The notes: a model not told the origin generated them from the letters alone. Shown: positions 40,786-50,391, numbered from the stretch's first letter. The stretch: DNA of 64,000 bases from Candidatus Helarchaeota archaeon (GCA_019058315.1 JAHPZH010000009.1:32001-96000), one strand, 5' to 3'. Numbers and translations: made by a program.

Positions 40786-41909
40786 TAAAACATTTTTATT
40801 GTTGACACATAAATTTTATGAATTTTCTTGAAAATCTTTTTTGAGTCAAACTTATTTTCAATTATTTTTCTGCTATTTTTACCCATTTCTCTTCTTAATT
40901 CTGGTCTGGAAATTAATGTATTAATGTTATTTTTAAGAGCTAAATAATCATTTTTTGGAATTAAAAAACCATTAAATTCGTGTTTAATCAATTCCTGGAC
41001 TCCTCCTACAGCAGTTGCTATAATTGGAGCTTCACACGCCATCGCTTCTAATATAACTGTTGGTTGTCCTTCATATAAACTTGGTAAGACGAATAAATCA
41101 CAAGCAGAATAGTATATTGGTAGTTTATCATTAGAAATTTTACCTAAAAAAAACACTTTATCTTTTATCCTATGTTTTTTTGCAAATTTGATTAATTTCC
41201 TTTTTTGTGGGCCATCACCAATTATTTGTAGACAAATATTTGAATATTTTTTCGCTAATTCCTGTATTGCTAATATGAGATTACCTATTCCTTTTGTAGA
41301 AACAAGGCGACTTACGATTAGAACAATTATTTTATTATTTAATCCATTTACTTTCTTGAAATCAATAATTCTTTGCTCATTAGATCTCCTAAATTTTTTC
41401 GAATCTATGAAATTTGGAATAAGATCAATTTTTTTTATCGTATATTGTTTTGCTCTAATCTGGAGGAATTTATTAATGGCTATAATCCTATCAGTGTTTT
41501 TTAAAATGAATTTTACTAAAAAAGGGATTTTTCTCGCAAAATTATAAATTCCCCCACCATGTAATGTAATAATAACTGGAATTTTTAAAATTTTTTTAAT
41601 TAAAATGGCAGCTAAACCTTCTGAAATAACTCCATTTGCATGTATTATATGAGTTTTTAACTTTTTATGATTTTTGATAAATGATATAAAATACATTAAT
41701 GTTTTAAATAAAAATCGAATAATTGGGAAATTTAAGGACTTTAAGGAAAAAATTTTAACATTTTTCTTTGAAATTTTCAATGAGCCGAAAGAAAAGATCG
41801 TTGTTTTATATTTTAATTTTATTGAATTTTTTAAAAGTAAATAACAATAAATCTCTTGTCCCCCAATTTTGTCTGGAAATATTCCACGTGTAAATATCGC
41901 CAAATTCAT
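40773..41909 (-). CDS. GT4 glycosyltransferase
   Basis: Motifs FPDKIGGQE, TLHG, SRLVSTKG and EGQPTVILEAMA. Confidence 0.9.
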   Translation of the reverse strand: MNLAIFTRGIFPDKIGGQEIYCYLLLKNSIKLKYKTTIFSFGSLKISKKNVKIFSLKSLNFPIIRFLFKTLMYFISFIKNHKKLKTHIIHANGVISEGLAAILIKKILKIPVIITLHGGGIYNFARKIPFLVKFILKNTDRIIAINKFLQIRAKQYTIKKIDLIPNFIDSKKFRRSNEQRIIDFKKVNGLNNKIIVLIVSRLVSTKGIGNLILAIQELAKKYSNICLQIIGDGPQKRKLIKFAKKHRIKDKVFFLGKISNDKLPIYYSACDLFVLPSLYEGQPTVILEAMACEAPIIATAVGGVQELIKHEFNGFLIPKNDYLALKNNINTLISRPELRREMGKNSRKIIENKFDSKKIFKKIHKIYVSTIKMFYHRK

Positions 41910-42340
41910 AAATAATCACAAATTTATGAAGACTTTTACTTTACAAATTATTTTTTAACTCATTATTTAATAACAAGAAAATCACAATCTTAACAAATTA
42001 TTAATTAACCATTGTTTTTCCTTTCGGTTTTTAATGTTTTTAGATAAAACTGACCAAATGAACATAAAAGATTTTGAATTTATTTAAATCAATACTTAAT
42101 AATATAAGAATCAATTTAAGTAAATAATTTATTATAATCTTTTTCTTTTAAATAAGATGATATTTAGCAATAATTTAATCTAAAAACTCAATTCTATGAC
42201 AGAATTCTTAATTCCTTTCCATTATTTTACCTAAAAGAAACATATGAAAAAACTTTTAATAAGAGAAATCTAAGTGAATTTTTATAATATTATTATTAGA
42301 AAATATTTTTTTTCCAAAAAAAAATATAACAAGAAAAAAT

Positions 42341-42667
42341 TTGGATTTGAAAAAATTGCAAAGAGACAAGCTTTATGGATTGATAATCTTCTTGGTAGCG
42401 CTAATTCTACTGGTCTATTTAACAATGGCAAACGTTATGATCATTTTTGCTGGTGGTAATAAAGATTATTACGCAATAGATTGGCCAATCTTCTTTGGAC
42501 CATGGGTATACGTTGTTGCACCGCTTATGCTCGCAGAAATCTTAATCTTTGGTATAGCTGCGTGGATAGGGTGGACAATGATGACAACTCCGCCTCCAGT
42601 TCCTCTTGAGGAATTAGAAGGTCTCGGTTTAGACGAAGATATAGAAGAAAAAGACGAATCTGCATAA
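42341..42667 (+). CDS. Small 2-TM protein, DPM2-like, with TPPP motif and acidic tail
   Basis: DKLYGLIIFLVALILLVYLT...FFGPWVYVVAPL...WIGWTMMTTPPP. The probable start is TTG 42356. Confidence 0.7.
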   Translation: MDLKKLQRDKLYGLIIFLVALILLVYLTMANVMIIFAGGNKDYYAIDWPIFFGPWVYVVAPLMLAEILIFGIAAWIGWTMMTTPPPVPLEELEGLGLDEDIEEKDESA

Positions 42668-42791
42668 ATAATTTTATAATATTTTTTTATTTTCTTATTT
42701 TTATTAAAAAATGTGAATAAAGAATAAAATCTTTTTAAAATAAAAGACTATATTTTAGATTTTTTATTTTTAGATTTTCAAATTACCCACT

Positions 42792-43073
42792 TTATTCCAA
42801 TTCTTGTAATTTTTGCTCTTTAAGTGGAATGGGCTTTGGAGGTTTCATTTTATTCCATCCTATCCATATTAAAACTCCTAAAACTAAAAATTCTACAAGC
42901 ATAATCGGTACTACCACATAGACCCAGGGACTGAAGAAAAGTTCTCCCAAATATGGATATGCACTTGGGATTCCATTTGATAAAAGGATGTTAGTATTTG
43001 CAACAGTCATATAAATCAATATTGGGAATATAAAAAATAATATTAAGCCCCCATAAAGTTTTTCTTTTGCCAA
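42792..43073 (-). CDS. Small 2-TM protein, paralog of 42341-42667
   Basis: Shares KLYG, YxTxAN, FFxPWVYVVxP, LxE and WIGWxxMxPP with its convergent neighbour. Confidence 0.7.
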   Translation of the reverse strand: MAKEKLYGGLILFFIFPILIYMTVANTNILLSNGIPSAYPYLGELFFSPWVYVVVPIMLVEFLVLGVLIWIGWNKMKPPKPIPLKEQKLQELE

Positions 43074-43326
43074 TATTTACAAATCCATTTTATTTTCTGA
43101 AAATTTTAGTTCTAATCATAATACTACTAATTTCAATAAAGATTTTAAAATTATAAAATTTTTTATATTTATTTTATTAAGCAAAATCTCATAATTAAGG
43201 AAGTTTATTTAGTAACTTTTATTCTTTTAAGAAAAAAAAACATTAGAAAGATATTTATTTATCTGGTATTTTACCTTACTTTCACTTATATTATAAAAAT
43301 TAAAAGTTTTACTCGGAAGGATTAGA

Positions 43327-44442
43327 TTGGTTAATGAAATCATATTGGACGACGAAAATCGAATAAAATCTATTGATTCAGATGATATGTATAAATTTTT
43401 AATGAACATGCCTGAAAGTTGCGCTGAAATGTTAGATGTTGCCAAAAAATTTCAACTTTCTCATGGAATAGAAGAGTTTAGGAATATTTTGATTTGTGGA
43501 ATGGGCGGAAGCGGGATAGGAGGTAACTTAGTCCGGGATCTATTATATGATAAAATACCAATTCCAATTATTATAAATCGAAGTTATAACATTCCAGCAT
43601 TTGTAAATAAAAAAACCTTTATGATAGTGATAAGTTATTCAGGAAATACAGAAGAGACACTAAGTGCATTTGCAGAAGGAATTAAACGTGAATGTAAAAT
43701 TGTAGGATTAAGTTCAAATGGTAAACTAATTGAATATTGTAAGAAACTTGGGATTGAATATATCAAAGTTCCTACTGAAATTCAACCAAGAGCAGCAATT
43801 CCTTATCTATTTATTGCAATATTAATGATATTACAAAAATCAAAAATTATATCAGATTTTTCACAAGATTTAGAAGAAACTATAACCATTTTAAAAAATT
43901 TAAGAAATGAATTGTTTATTAAAAGTCCTTTAAATAATAATCTCGCAAAACAAATTGCAATTGGGATTATGGGTTCCATTCCTATGATATATGCGACTTC
44001 AGGTTATGGAAGTCTTGCGCGTAGAATGAAGTGTCAAATTAACGAGAATAGCAAGAATCCCGCTCATTGGGACGAATTTCCAGAATTAAACCATAATGAA
44101 GTAGTAGGTTGGGAGGTAACATCGAATATTACCCAAATTTCATGTGCTATTTTATTAAGAACACAAGATGAAAATGAAGTAATCAATAATAGGATAGAAA
44201 TAACTAAAAATATTATTTTAAAAGACAAAGTTAAAGAAGTTTTTGAAATTTGGAGTCGTGGAAAATCTAAATTAGCGAAAATGTTCTCACTTTTATTCAT
44301 AGGGGATTTCGTAAGTTATTATTTGGCAATTTTAAAAGGAGTAAATCCAACACCCGTTAAAAGTATTAGTGAATTAAAGAAAAAATTAAAAGAAAGATTA
44401 AATTTTTTGCATTTAATCGAAAATAAACTGTTTTCAACTTAA
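43327..44442 (+). CDS. Bifunctional phosphoglucose/phosphomannose isomerase
   Basis: Motifs GMGGSG, SYSGNTEET, QPRAA, QINENSK and PELNHNE. Confidence 0.92.
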   Translation: MVNEIILDDENRIKSIDSDDMYKFLMNMPESCAEMLDVAKKFQLSHGIEEFRNILICGMGGSGIGGNLVRDLLYDKIPIPIIINRSYNIPAFVNKKTFMIVISYSGNTEETLSAFAEGIKRECKIVGLSSNGKLIEYCKKLGIEYIKVPTEIQPRAAIPYLFIAILMILQKSKIISDFSQDLEETITILKNLRNELFIKSPLNNNLAKQIAIGIMGSIPMIYATSGYGSLARRMKCQINENSKNPAHWDEFPELNHNEVVGWEVTSNITQISCAILLRTQDENEVINNRIEITKNIILKDKVKEVFEIWSRGKSKLAKMFSLLFIGDFVSYYLAILKGVNPTPVKSISELKKKLKERLNFLHLIENKLFST

Positions 44443-44652
44443 ATTTTAATTTATTTAATAATTTATATACCATTTATTACTTAAATTAGAGGAAATCTTA
44501 ATTTTTTTAGGATTTCATAGATATAATTCCTAATTTTTTAAAGGTATAGTCATTAAGTTAATAGAATTGATAGTAAAGATTTTAAATTCTTAATGTTTCA
44601 TAATCTAGATAATCTGTAATTTTATAGCATTTGAAATAAATCTATTTAAAGG

Positions 44653-44724
44653 AATATTTAAACTAATTAATTATATTATTAGTAGAGCATTCCGAATAGG
44701 ATGCAAGTTACTTAGAAATAAGTA
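44653..44724 (+). promoter_or_regulatory. Putative TATA box plus structured 5' leader of the r-protein operon
   Basis: AATATTTAAA at 44653-62, then hairpins GCATTCC-GAATA-GGATGC (44687-44704) and TACTTA-GAAA-TAAGTA (44709-44724). Confidence 0.4.
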
Positions 44725-44760
44725 TTTCAACAGATTAAATTATTTGAGTTGAATATTAAA

Positions 44761-45165
44761 TTGGTAAGAAAATTTACATTTCATGGCTTCAGCTTAGAAG
44801 AGCTTCAATCAATGCCAATGGATGAGTTCATAAAACTTATTCCTTCTCGCCAGCGTCGTAGTCTATTACGAGGATTGCCGAGACGACAAAAAAAATTGCT
44901 TGAAAAGTTGCGACGTGCAAGGCGGGCATTGAAAAAAGGAAAGAAAATTACTATAAGAACTCATAATAGAGATATGGTAATATTACCAGAAATGGTTGGT
45001 CTCTCTATAGGAGTTCATAATGGAAAAGAATTTATTAAAATTGAAATAACTCCTGAGCATATTGGACATTATCTGGGTGAATATGCACCTACACATAAAA
45101 GAGTTACCCATGGTAACCCTGGAATAGGTGCTACACGAAGTTCAATGTATGTTCCACTTAAATAA
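44761..45165 (+). CDS. rps19p: 30S ribosomal protein uS19
   Basis: [16 protein letters not shown] and HYLGEYA...[15 protein letters not shown] 44761 is the likely start. Confidence 0.97.
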   Translation: MVRKFTFHGFSLEELQSMPMDEFIKLIPSRQRRSLLRGLPRRQKKLLEKLRRARRALKKGKKITIRTHNRDMVILPEMVGLSIGVHNGKEFIKIEITPEHIGHYLGEYAPTHKRVTHGNPGIGATRSSMYVPLK

Positions 45166-45191
45166 ATGAAAAATGTTTGAGGAAATAGATA

Positions 45192-45662
45192 GTGAGTCCT
45201 GAATTTGGTTATAGTGTTACTGGATTGGATCCTGATAAAACAGCAAAGGCTGCTGGGCGTTTTATTCGTTGTTCACCAAAATTAGCTAGAGAAGTCTGTC
45301 ATGCTATAAAAGGGATGCAATTAGAAAAAGCAAAGGAATATTTGACTAATGTTATTTTGAAAAAAAAGGCAGTACCTTTTAAAAGGCATAAAAAACACCA
45401 AGCTCATAGAAAAGGACTTCAAAAATGGTCAGCAGGACGTTACCCAGTAAAAGCAGCATATTTTATACTTACTGTACTTAAAAATGCTGAGGCAAATGCT
45501 GAATATCAAGGTTTAGATACAGACAGGATTAGAATTATTCATGCATCCGCTATGAATGGTCCAATTCAAAATAAAGGTAAATATATCCCACGTGCATTTA
45601 GCCGTTCAACTCCCTATTATAAACATTTGACACATGTCGAAATAATTTTAGAAGAAAAATAA
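45192..45662 (+). CDS. rpl22p: 50S ribosomal protein uL22
   Basis: GRYPVKAA, NAEANAE and PRAFSR motifs. Confidence 0.97.
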   Translation: MSPEFGYSVTGLDPDKTAKAAGRFIRCSPKLAREVCHAIKGMQLEKAKEYLTNVILKKKAVPFKRHKKHQAHRKGLQKWSAGRYPVKAAYFILTVLKNAEANAEYQGLDTDRIRIIHASAMNGPIQNKGKYIPRAFSRSTPYYKHLTHVEIILEEK

Positions 45663-45680
45663 AATAAATGGATTGATAAT

Positions 45681-46328
45681 TTGCCAGCATTAGAACATTT
45701 CATTACAAGAAGATTGAAAAAAACACAAATCGATGAATTTTTTGCCGAAGAATTACAAAGAGCTGGATACAGCGGTGTAGATATTCAAAAAACTCCCCTT
45801 GGAACAAGGGTTATAATATATGCCGCCAGACCAGGAATGGTTATTGGTAGAAGAGGAAAAAATGTTAAAATCATGACACAAATTTTAGAAGAACGTTATG
45901 ATATAGAGAATCCTCAAATTGAAGTATCAGAAATAGAAGTTCCGGAATTAAATGCTAAAGTGATGGCACAACGTTTAACAGGAAGATTAGAAAGAGGTAC
46001 TCATTATCGACGAGCTACATATTCTATTTTAAGAAGAGTAAAAGCAGCTGGAGCTAAAGGAGTTGAAATTAAAGTTAGTGGTAAATTATCTGGCCATCGA
46101 TCGAGATACAAGAAATTTCGAGATGGGTTTGTTGCTAAATGTGGCGAACCTGCAAATCAATGGGTTGATAAAGCTGTATCTTATGCTGTTTTAAAGAAAG
46201 GTGTAATTGGAGTCTCGGTTAAAATTATGCGTCCTACTGGCTTGCTACCAAATGAAATTGAAATTATAGATATGCCACCTGAAGAAAAAGGTGAAACCAA
46301 AACAAAAGAAGAGTCAAGAGCAAGTTAA
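45681..46328 (+). CDS. rps3p: 30S ribosomal protein uS3
   Basis: RPGMVIGRRG KH motif and GAKGVEIKVSGKL. Confidence 0.97.
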   Translation: MPALEHFITRRLKKTQIDEFFAEELQRAGYSGVDIQKTPLGTRVIIYAARPGMVIGRRGKNVKIMTQILEERYDIENPQIEVSEIEVPELNAKVMAQRLTGRLERGTHYRRATYSILRRVKAAGAKGVEIKVSGKLSGHRSRYKKFRDGFVAKCGEPANQWVDKAVSYAVLKKGVIGVSVKIMRPTGLLPNEIEIIDMPPEEKGETKTKEESRAS

Positions 46329-46362
46329 ATACTCAAATTATCATTAATTAAATCAAAGAGAT

Positions 46363-46575
46363 ATGAAAATGGGAATATTAAGTGCAAATGATATAAGAAA
46401 GATGAAATATGAAGAAAAAGAAAATAAATTGATAGAATTAAAGGCAGAATTAAGCAAACAAAGGGCTTTAATTGCCGCGGGTGGAGCATTAGAAAATCCA
46501 ACCAAAGCAAGACTATTAAAAAGAACAATTGCACGTTTATTAACAATAATGAGAGAAGAAGAACGAAGCCCTTGA
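46363..46575 (+). CDS. rpl29p: 50S ribosomal protein uL29
   Basis: ENP...KRTIARLLT and operon position. Confidence 0.95.
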   Translation: MKMGILSANDIRKMKYEEKENKLIELKAELSKQRALIAAGGALENPTKARLLKRTIARLLTIMREEERSP

Positions 46576-46588
46576 GGATAAATAAAAT

Positions 46589-46888
46589 TTGTTAAAAGCT
46601 AGTAAAAAATTAGTCAATAAATTTAGAATAAAAGAATTTATTGGATTATATGTTGAAATTATTGATAGCACAAATGAAAATTATATAGGATTGAAAGGAA
46701 AAGTAATTGATGAATCATATCATATGATAACAATTTTAATAGGAAGAAATCAAAAAAAAATACCTAAAAAACCTTGCATTTTTAATTTCAAACCAAATAA
46801 AAAAGATGAAATAAAAATTGCCGGGGTTGACATTATAGGTCGACCTGAAGATAGGATAAAAAAATTTCTAAAAAAAAGTAGGATATGA
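46589..46888 (+). CDS. rnp1: Ribonuclease P protein component 1 (Rpp29/Pop4)
   Basis: EFIGL, GKVIDES, IPK and GRPEDRIK motifs; conserved position before uS17. Confidence 0.9.
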   Translation: MLKASKKLVNKFRIKEFIGLYVEIIDSTNENYIGLKGKVIDESYHMITILIGRNQKKIPKKPCIFNFKPNKKDEIKIAGVDIIGRPEDRIKKFLKKSRI

Positions 46889-46894
46889 AATATT

Positions 46895-47224
46895 GTGGCA
46901 AAGAATATCGGTTTACAAGTAACACCTCCAAAAAGAACATGTGAAGATCCAAATTGTCCTTTTCATGGGAAATTAAATGTTAGAGGTAAGTTTTTGGAAG
47001 GAATAGTAACATCAATTAAAATGAATAAAACCATCGTTGTTAGAAGAGATTTTTTAAAATTCATTAAAAAATATTTGCGATACGAAAAGAGACATAGTAC
47101 ATTACATGCACATTGCCCTGAATGCATTCAACCCGTAGTAAATAAAAAAGTTAAAGTTGCAGAATGTCGACCTATAAGTAAAACTGTCTCATTTGTTGTA
47201 GTTGAATGTGAAGAATCGGAATAA
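46895..47224 (+). CDS. rps17p: 30S ribosomal protein uS17
   Basis: CEDPNCPFHG, KYLRYEKR and ECRPISKT motifs. Confidence 0.97.
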   Translation: MAKNIGLQVTPPKRTCEDPNCPFHGKLNVRGKFLEGIVTSIKMNKTIVVRRDFLKFIKKYLRYEKRHSTLHAHCPECIQPVVNKKVKVAECRPISKTVSFVVVECEESE

Positions 47225-47240
47225 TGGGGAATATAAAAAA

Positions 47241-48005
47241 ATGGCAGAAATGTTTGATGAAAAAATAAATGAATTGAAAGAACTAATTAATGAAAAAATC
47301 ACTGATTTAAGTTTGTCTATCAAAAAAATCACTGAAGAACTACCATCTAATTTAGGTCAAATTCTTATGCAATTTTCAGACCTTATAGGAGAAAATTTTG
47401 AAGGAGTAACTGAAAAAATTGAAGAATTATCATCAACTTTAATTGAAATTAAACAAGAAGTTAAAGAAATGAAAATGGAGAAAGAATTAGAAAAGGAACA
47501 AGACGCAGAATTATCAGAATTAATTAAACAAACTGTAATTGAAGAAAAAACAACCCAAAAAGAGGAAAAAACTCCCCCGGTAGTGCCAAAACCAGTAGTC
47601 ACAAAAGAGAAACCCACACCAGTACTAAAAAAACCTTCTCCAAAAATTCAAGAAAAACCTCCTGTTCTAGAACCTCCAGTAGTAACAAAACCTCCTGTCG
47701 TAAAACCTGCTAAACCCGTAACTGTTACTGAACCAGCAGAAGAAGTTCCTGAAGAAGTTTTACAATTATTTGATAAAATTTCTAGCGTAGTCGTTTCTAA
47801 CGTAACAGCAAAAGAATTAGCAGATACTATGAATGAGGCGAGGGAAAATATAATAAAGGTCTTTAAATGGCATCCAGTATTATATGAATTGGCAAGTTTT
47901 TCTCGAAGGATTCAAAAAATGCCTGAAGGACCATTAGATGCTGAAATTACATCTTTACTAATTGAAAAAATTACAGACTGGAAAAATAGGATTGCAGGAG
48001 GATAA
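47241..48005 (+). CDS. Hypothetical protein: coiled coil + Pro/Val/Lys-rich linker + C-terminal helical bundle (Vps28-CTD-like)
   Basis: Heptad-rich N-terminus, PPVV repeats, and a C-terminal domain NVTAKEL...RRIQKMPEGPLD..LL. ATG at 47241. Confidence 0.6.
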   Translation: MAEMFDEKINELKELINEKITDLSLSIKKITEELPSNLGQILMQFSDLIGENFEGVTEKIEELSSTLIEIKQEVKEMKMEKELEKEQDAELSELIKQTVIEEKTTQKEEKTPPVVPKPVVTKEKPTPVLKKPSPKIQEKPPVLEPPVVTKPPVVKPAKPVTVTEPAEEVPEEVLQLFDKISSVVVSNVTAKELADTMNEARENIIKVFKWHPVLYELASFSRRIQKMPEGPLDAEITSLLIEKITDWKNRIAGG

Positions 48006-48105
48006 ATAGAACTTTTTTATTAAGAATTCTATTAATTTAATGATTAAAAAATTGGATGTTTAAATCGATTAAAAATAAGAATTAAGAAAAATTGAGGCAA
48101 AGTAA

Positions 48106-48531
48106 ATGGGTAAAAGACGAGTTCGAAAATCTGCTGCATTATTATTACCTAAAATATCAAAAGCTATACCTACTAATGCTAAAATTAAATGTTCTGATAA
48201 TTCTGGAGGAAGAATCCTTAATGTAATTTCAGTAGTAGGTTATAAAGGAAGACTGAATAGGATACCAACAGCACATGTAGGTTCTATGATAGTATGTAGT
48301 GTTAAGAAAGGTACTCCTGCAATGCGTAGGCAAATTGTGAGAGCTATTATAATAAGACAAAAAAAACCATATAGAAGACGAGATGGCAGATTTGTAAGCT
48401 TTGAAGATAATGCAGCAGTAATAACTACAGAATTAGGAGAACCAAAGGGATCAGAAATTCGAGGACCAGTTGCAAAAGAAGCAGCAGAAAGATGGCCAAG
48501 ACTTGCAAGTGTTGCAAGCACGGTTATATAA
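48106..48531 (+). CDS. rpl14p: 50S ribosomal protein uL14
   Basis: CSDNSG, FEDNAAV and GPVAKEAAERWP motifs. Confidence 0.97.
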   Translation: MGKRRVRKSAALLLPKISKAIPTNAKIKCSDNSGGRILNVISVVGYKGRLNRIPTAHVGSMIVCSVKKGTPAMRRQIVRAIIIRQKKPYRRRDGRFVSFEDNAAVITTELGEPKGSEIRGPVAKEAAERWPRLASVASTVI

Positions 48532-48558
48532 TTTAAAATATGAATAGAGGATAAATAA

Positions 48559-48960
48559 ATGATAAAAAAGAAAAATACAAAATCTCCTAAGAAGCAAAGA
48601 AAAAGATTTTACAATTTACCAATTCACAAAAGAAATAAATTATTTAATGTCAAACTAATTCCCGATTTAGTTGCTGAATATGGCGTGCGAAGACTGCCAG
48701 TTCAAAGAGATGACTTTGTTCTAATAACAAAGGGTGAATATGCTGACATTGAAGGAAAGATAAAAAGAATCGATAAAAAAAAGTTACAAGTGTTTGTTGA
48801 GGGTGCAAGTGTCGAAAAAAAAGACGGTTCACAGTTAGAAATTCCCATTTATCCATCCAATATAGTAATTACTAAATTAAAAAAAGATAAAAACAGAGAT
48901 AAGATAATTCAAAGAAGAAAAAGAGAAATTGAAGAAATAGTTGAAGAAGAAATCATTTAG
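48559..48960 (+). CDS. rpl24p: 50S ribosomal protein uL24
   Basis: PKKQRK, KOW-like region and IYPSNIVI. Confidence 0.95.
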   Translation: MIKKKNTKSPKKQRKRFYNLPIHKRNKLFNVKLIPDLVAEYGVRRLPVQRDDFVLITKGEYADIEGKIKRIDKKKLQVFVEGASVEKKDGSQLEIPIYPSNIVITKLKKDKNRDKIIQRRKREIEEIVEEEII

Positions 48961-48973
48961 GAGTAAAATAATT

Positions 48974-49696
48974 ATGGGCAATAAGGGTGGCAAAAAACAC
49001 TTAAAAAGATATCCAGCACCAAAGTATCTTCCAATACATAGAAAAACTTCAATATGGACCGTAAAATCAGCCCCAGGGCCTCATCCATTAAAAGATTCTA
49101 TCCCATTAGTAATACTTGTTCGAGAAGTATTAAATTTAGGTGATACGGCTAAAGAATGTAAAATAATAATTTCAGAAGGGAATATAAAAGTGGACGGAAA
49201 AATTCGTAAAAATTACAAATTTCCGGTAGGTTTAATGGATGTTGTTGAAATTCCTTCAATTAATAAAATTTATCGCATTTTACCAGTAAAAATAAAAGGT
49301 TTAATTCCTCATCCTATAACTGAAGAAGAAAAAGACTTTAAACTATGTGAGATACAAAATAAAACTCCTATAAAAAATGGAAAATTCCAGTTAAATCTAC
49401 ATGATGGTAAGAATATAATTACAGCAAACTCAGAAGCTAATTATAAAACTAGAGATGTTCTAAAAATATCAGTTCCAGAACAAGAAATATTAGAACATTT
49501 ACCAATGAAAGAAGAGATGTCAATATTAGTAACAGCTGGAAAACATATGGGTGCAAATGGAATTTTGAAAAAAATTGATCATCGTTTTGGACCACATGCA
49601 AGTATAGTAACACTAGAACATGAAGGAGAAACGTTTCAAACCGCCTTAGAGTATGCATTTGTTATTGGAGAAAAAACTCCAGCAATATCGATTTGA
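48974..49696 (+). CDS. rps4e: 30S ribosomal protein eS4
   Basis: HLKRYPAP, PGPH, FPVGLMDV and QLNLHDG motifs; ATG at 48974. Confidence 0.97.
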   Translation: MGNKGGKKHLKRYPAPKYLPIHRKTSIWTVKSAPGPHPLKDSIPLVILVREVLNLGDTAKECKIIISEGNIKVDGKIRKNYKFPVGLMDVVEIPSINKIYRILPVKIKGLIPHPITEEEKDFKLCEIQNKTPIKNGKFQLNLHDGKNIITANSEANYKTRDVLKISVPEQEILEHLPMKEEMSILVTAGKHMGANGILKKIDHRFGPHASIVTLEHEGETFQTALEYAFVIGEKTPAISI

Positions 49697-49706
49697 GGTA
49701 TTATCT

Positions 49707-50303
49707 ATGGAAGAAGATAACATTATAAAAATCCCTGAGGAAGTAAAAGAACAGTTTTTTAATAAATGGCAGACCAATAAAGCGTTAGAACCTAAAATTA
49801 GTAAGGTTACTATCAATATGAGCGTTGGAGAAAGCGGAGTTCAGTTGGAAAAAGCTGGTCAAGTTTTAGAATCACTAGTTGATCAAAAACCTGTCAAATT
49901 AAAAGCAAAAAAAACTATTCGTTCATTCGGAATTCGAAAATTTGAACCAATGGCTATTAAAACTACATTAAGAGGGGAAAAGGCTAATAAATTCTTAAAA
50001 AGGTCACTTGAAGTAGTTGAAAATAAATTAAAAAAGAGTTCATTTGATAGATATGGTAATTTTTCCTTTGGAGTGAAGGAACATATAGAACTACCTGGTG
50101 TAAAATACGATCCCAAATTGGGTATCTTCGGTTTCGACATTTGTGTATCTTTAGAACGTCCAGGTTTTAGAATTCGTCAACGCTCATATAAGCGGAAAAA
50201 AATTCCCACCAAAATTAGAATTTCCCCTGAAGAAGCAATGATTTTTATGGAGAAATATTTTGGAACAACAATTATTAAAGAATACATTGTGAGTTATTAT
50301 TAA
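49707..50303 (+). CDS. rpl5p: 50S ribosomal protein uL5
   Basis: GNFSFGVKEHI and YDPKLGIFG motifs; ATG 49707 follows GAGG. Confidence 0.97.
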   Translation: MEEDNIIKIPEEVKEQFFNKWQTNKALEPKISKVTINMSVGESGVQLEKAGQVLESLVDQKPVKLKAKKTIRSFGIRKFEPMAIKTTLRGEKANKFLKRSLEVVENKLKKSSFDRYGNFSFGVKEHIELPGVKYDPKLGIFGFDICVSLERPGFRIRQRSYKRKKIPTKIRISPEEAMIFMEKYFGTTIIKEYIVSYY

Positions 50304-50391
50304 TCTAATTTTTAATCAAAAGTCTACTTTCTAAATAATTAATATATTATTCTAAACAAATTATTAAATGAATTTAACTTTAGTGAGAGCA

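Noticed and set aside
41910-42340. ncRNA or CRISPR in long AT-rich spacers (also 513-874, 23842-24173, 56479-56833)
   Set aside because: No repeat-spacer periodicity, tRNA cloverleaf or GC-rich structured segment is visible.
47570-47730. Tandem repeat or mobile element in the C-rich stretch
   Set aside because: It is explained by Pro/Val/Lys codons of a low-complexity linker; the repeats are degenerate at DNA level.
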